37,589 bases of DNA from assembly GCA_964399225.1 (NCBI GenBank), contig CAYNQA010000001.1, positions 1-37,589 of the forward strand, in the 5' to 3' direction. Of the stretch, positions 34,975 through 37,589 are shown piece by piece (within the stretch, counting starts at the first letter, position 1; each line of letters begins with the position of its first letter). The notes below the pieces were generated by a model. That model was given only the letters and a program-made list of their open reading frames with translations, had not been told where the DNA came from and ran no database searches. The position numbers and the translations under genes are program-made. Source of the DNA: an uncultured Anaerolineaceae bacterium. GTDB lineage: Bacteria > Chloroflexota > Anaerolineae > Anaerolineales > Villigracilaceae.

Positions 34975-37589
34975 TTAATCTGCAAGGATTCCATCGGAGT
35001 TTATCTTAATGAGGGCGGATACAACTTGCGGGTCAAACAGGATCCCGGCATTTGCCTGCATGTACACGAGCGCTTCCTCGTTGCTGATCCGCTTTCGGTA
35101 CGGGCGGTCGCTGGTCAGGGCATCGAAGGCATCCGCAACAGCAAAAATCCTCGCCAGTATGGGAATGTCTTGACCGGCCAGACCAAGGGGATAGCCGGAA
35201 CCGTCCCAGCGTTCCTGGTGATAGCGGATGATGGGGAGTGTGTCATCCAGGAAGGGGATACCTTCAACGATGCGCGCACCGATGTCAGGATGCTGGCGCA
35301 TAATCTCCCACTCCGCTTCGTTGAGCGGACCTGGCTTGTGCAGGATGGTATCGCTGATGCCGATCTTTCCGATGTCATGGAGCAATGAGCCGCGCTCGAT
35401 CACCTTGCGCTGTTGCGGCGAAATAAACATGCCTTCTCCAAGCAGGCGGGCAATCCGCGCAACACGCACGCTGTGTCCCTCGGTTTCCCGGTCGCGCGCA
35501 TCCAGCGCCGACATCAACGCGGCCAGTGTGTGGTCGTAGGCGTTTTCAAGCTCGCGATAGGCATGCTCGATCGCTTTAGCATGCTGTCGAGACTCTGCCA
35601 GCAGAATCGCCCGTTCCAATGCCACTCCAGCCTGGTTAACCAGAGTTTGCAAGTTGGTGATGAACCGAGCACTCTGGTGATCATGAACGGTGAGCCAGAT
35701 CGCCCCATACACGCGCACACGAGTCTTAAGAGGGAAGCAAATGTTCTCTTCATCTTTGCCAGTGGAAAAGATGATGCTTTGTTGAGACTCCATTGCGCGG
35801 CGGACAAGCCGCATGGGGTGCTGGATTGGGATCAGATTCCCGTTCTCGTCCAGTTCCACTTCTGCTTCGATTGCTCCGTCCGGCGCAAATAGAATGATCC
35901 CGGCGTATTTCGCACTGCACAACCGCAAAGCCGCTTCTGCAATGTATGCAGCTGCTTCTTTTATTTCTTCGGCCTGGATCACATGGAAACTCAATTGGTA
36001 GAGTTGGGTCGTGGTTGCCAGCGACGTCCGAAGTTCATGTGACAGCCACGCGCTTTCGATCGCAGCGGACGCCTGCGACGAGAGCAGGCGGGCCAGCGAT
36101 TCGTCGTTTTCGGTGAAGAACACCTCGCCTTGTTTCCCGAAAGCGAGCATGGCTCCGATACTTAACCCATGCATGCGGATCGGAATGGCGATCAAACTCC
36201 TTAATCCAGAAAAATCGATCTCCAGGCGCGATGCCTGTCGATAGCGGCGAATGTCGCGTACGCGGAAGGGGCGTTCCGCATTAAGCGCGGACTGGATCAG
36301 CGTTTCGCGAACCGCCTTTTGGCTGATGCTCTTTAGCAGGCGCGGCGCTGTCCCGGCATAGGCGATCCTGGTGAAGTTACCATCCTGATCCAGCAGCGTG
36401 GCGAACACGAACCTTGCACGAAGAGTTTGCCGCGCAATATTCGCGACCTCTTGCACGGCCGTTTGCGGATCGGGCTGGGTCGTCATAGACACACCCGCCT
36501 GGATCAAGTCTGTCAGTCTTCGGTGATATTCAGAACGCTCCCAGGCGCGCAGCAGGGTACGAGCAGTCGCTTCGGCGATCTGAACCTCATGCCCGCCAAA
36601 GGCATTCAGTTCGTTATGGCCGATCTCCAATGCGCCCTTCATATGCCCATGGTCAATGAGTGGAACAGCCACCAGGGAACGTATCTCATCTCCCGTACCT
36701 TGTATAAAATCAGGGTCTTGGAGAGTATCGTTCACGATCTGCGTCTTGCGTTGACGGATGGTGCGCCCAAGAACCCCCTCGCTGATGGGTTGACGGTAAC
36801 CGGGCGGCAGAATGTTGGTGCTGTTGCCAGAGACCGCCAGCACGACCAATTCCCTGCGCTCTGGATCGTTCACATACAGAGCCGCGAATGTGCAGTCAAT
36901 CGAGCGCTGGAGGGTATTAACCGCCAATTGCGCCGATACAGGCGGGTCCAGTTGGGTCTCCAGTTGTTGACTAAGCTCCGCAAGCAGCACAAGCTGCGCG
37001 CCTCGTTTTTTCTCAAGCTCCAATTGTTTTTCGGTTGCGAGCAGCTTCTGCTCCACGAGGTGGATCTGCTTTTCCTGGTCCGAACGGACAGCCGCATACG
37101 GCTCAATCAATCGCGCGATCCGTTGCTCCCATCCACGATTACCAATTCCTGCGCTTTTCATTGACGGATCGATGCCGGAAGTCGCTGTAATGCCTTGTGA
37201 GAGCTTGTTGATCGTTACCAATACAGAGACAATGACATAACAGAGCAGCACTTCACTACACAGCAACACGAGGTGCAATAGGCCACGCGTATCGGATGAT
37301 ATGGTTTCGCCTTTGGGGCCAAGCAGGAAGGTAAATCCGCTCAATAGCAGCGTCTCGGCGCTGGCGATGAAAATGATCAGGCGCTTTCCAAGGATGTCTT
37401 GTGGTGGAAGTTTAAAATTACCCCAGGGGATGATTTCCAGCAGCATCAAGTTGATTACAATGCAGGCGGCAGGTATGACCTCCGAGAAATCCCTGTTTAC
37501 AATTTGTAGAACCAGCCACACCGTCCAAGGGAGGACTGCCAGCTTATCCAGTACATTCTTCAGCGGCAGCTCGCTCAAGAGGCGAATTA
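34975..37589 (-). CDS. Membrane-bound triple-GAF HD-GYP protein (c-di-GMP phosphodiesterase family), possibly 5'-truncated
   Basis: N-terminal TM helices, three GAF repeats, GHSVRV, LHDIGK, HQERWDGSGYP, ADAFDALTSDRPYR. The frame stays open from the TTG at 37578 to the window edge. Confidence 0.9.
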   Translation of the reverse strand, partial: IRLLSELPLKNVLDKLAVLPWTVWLVLQIVNRDFSEVIPAACIVINLMLLEIIPWGNFKLPPQDILGKRLIIFIASAETLLLSGFTFLLGPKGETISSDTRGLLHLVLLCSEVLLCYVIVSVLVTINKLSQGITATSGIDPSMKSAGIGNRGWEQRIARLIEPYAAVRSDQEKQIHLVEQKLLATEKQLELEKKRGAQLVLLAELSQQLETQLDPPVSAQLAVNTLQRSIDCTFAALYVNDPERRELVVLAVSGNSTNILPPGYRQPISEGVLGRTIRQRKTQIVNDTLQDPDFIQGTGDEIRSLVAVPLIDHGHMKGALEIGHNELNAFGGHEVQIAEATARTLLRAWERSEYHRRLTDLIQAGVSMTTQPDPQTAVQEVANIARQTLRARFVFATLLDQDGNFTRIAYAGTAPRLLKSISQKAVRETLIQSALNAERPFRVRDIRRYRQASRLEIDFSGLRSLIAIPIRMHGLSIGAMLAFGKQGEVFFTENDESLARLLSSQASAAIESAWLSHELRTSLATTTQLYQLSFHVIQAEEIKEAAAYIAEAALRLCSAKYAGIILFAPDGAIEAEVELDENGNLIPIQHPMRLVRRAMESQQSIIFSTGKDEENICFPLKTRVRVYGAIWLTVHDHQSARFITNLQTLVNQAGVALERAILLAESRQHAKAIEHAYRELENAYDHTLAALMSALDARDRETEGHSVRVARIARLLGEGMFISPQQRKVIERGSLLHDIGKIGISDTILHKPGPLNEAEWEIMRQHPDIGARIVEGIPFLDDTLPIIRYHQERWDGSGYPLGLAGQDIPILARIFAVADAFDALTSDRPYRKRISNEEALVYMQANAGILFDPQVVSALIKINSDGILAD

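Noticed and set aside
36427-37164. 245-aa plus-strand ORF
   Set aside because: Antisense shadow of the GAF/HD-GYP gene; no independent evidence.

Overview
A gene-dense bacterial chromosome segment, probably from an Anaerolineae (Chloroflexota) genome. That assignment is inferred from gene families and style, not from a marker gene. I see no mobile element, CRISPR array or prophage. The left 12 kb is one tightly coupled minus-strand operon: two stand-alone CheY/DivK-like response regulators, then five complete membrane-anchored GAF proteins and the start of a sixth sensor that runs off the left edge and is missing from the ORF track. None of the five has a kinase, cyclase, methyl-accepting or DNA-binding output. 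All five end in the N-terminal part of a GAF fold, and in four of them it follows an orphan C-terminal GAF half. This split-GAF receptor array is the best candidate for an undescribed system. The second notable locus is three tandem LysM lipoproteins with a LasA/beta-lytic (M23A)-type pro-region and catalytic domain. The rest holds tRNA-Gly(CCC), an acyltransferase, an AlkZ-related protein, a Lia-like membrane operon with an ECF-type promoter, redox genes, FdhD/YHS/cytochrome b5/TMEM175, a tyrosine phosphatase, a protealysin-emfourin pair, alr, lspA, rluD, ltaE and an HD-GYP/GGDEF pair. All family calls come from motif recognition by eye; no searches were run.
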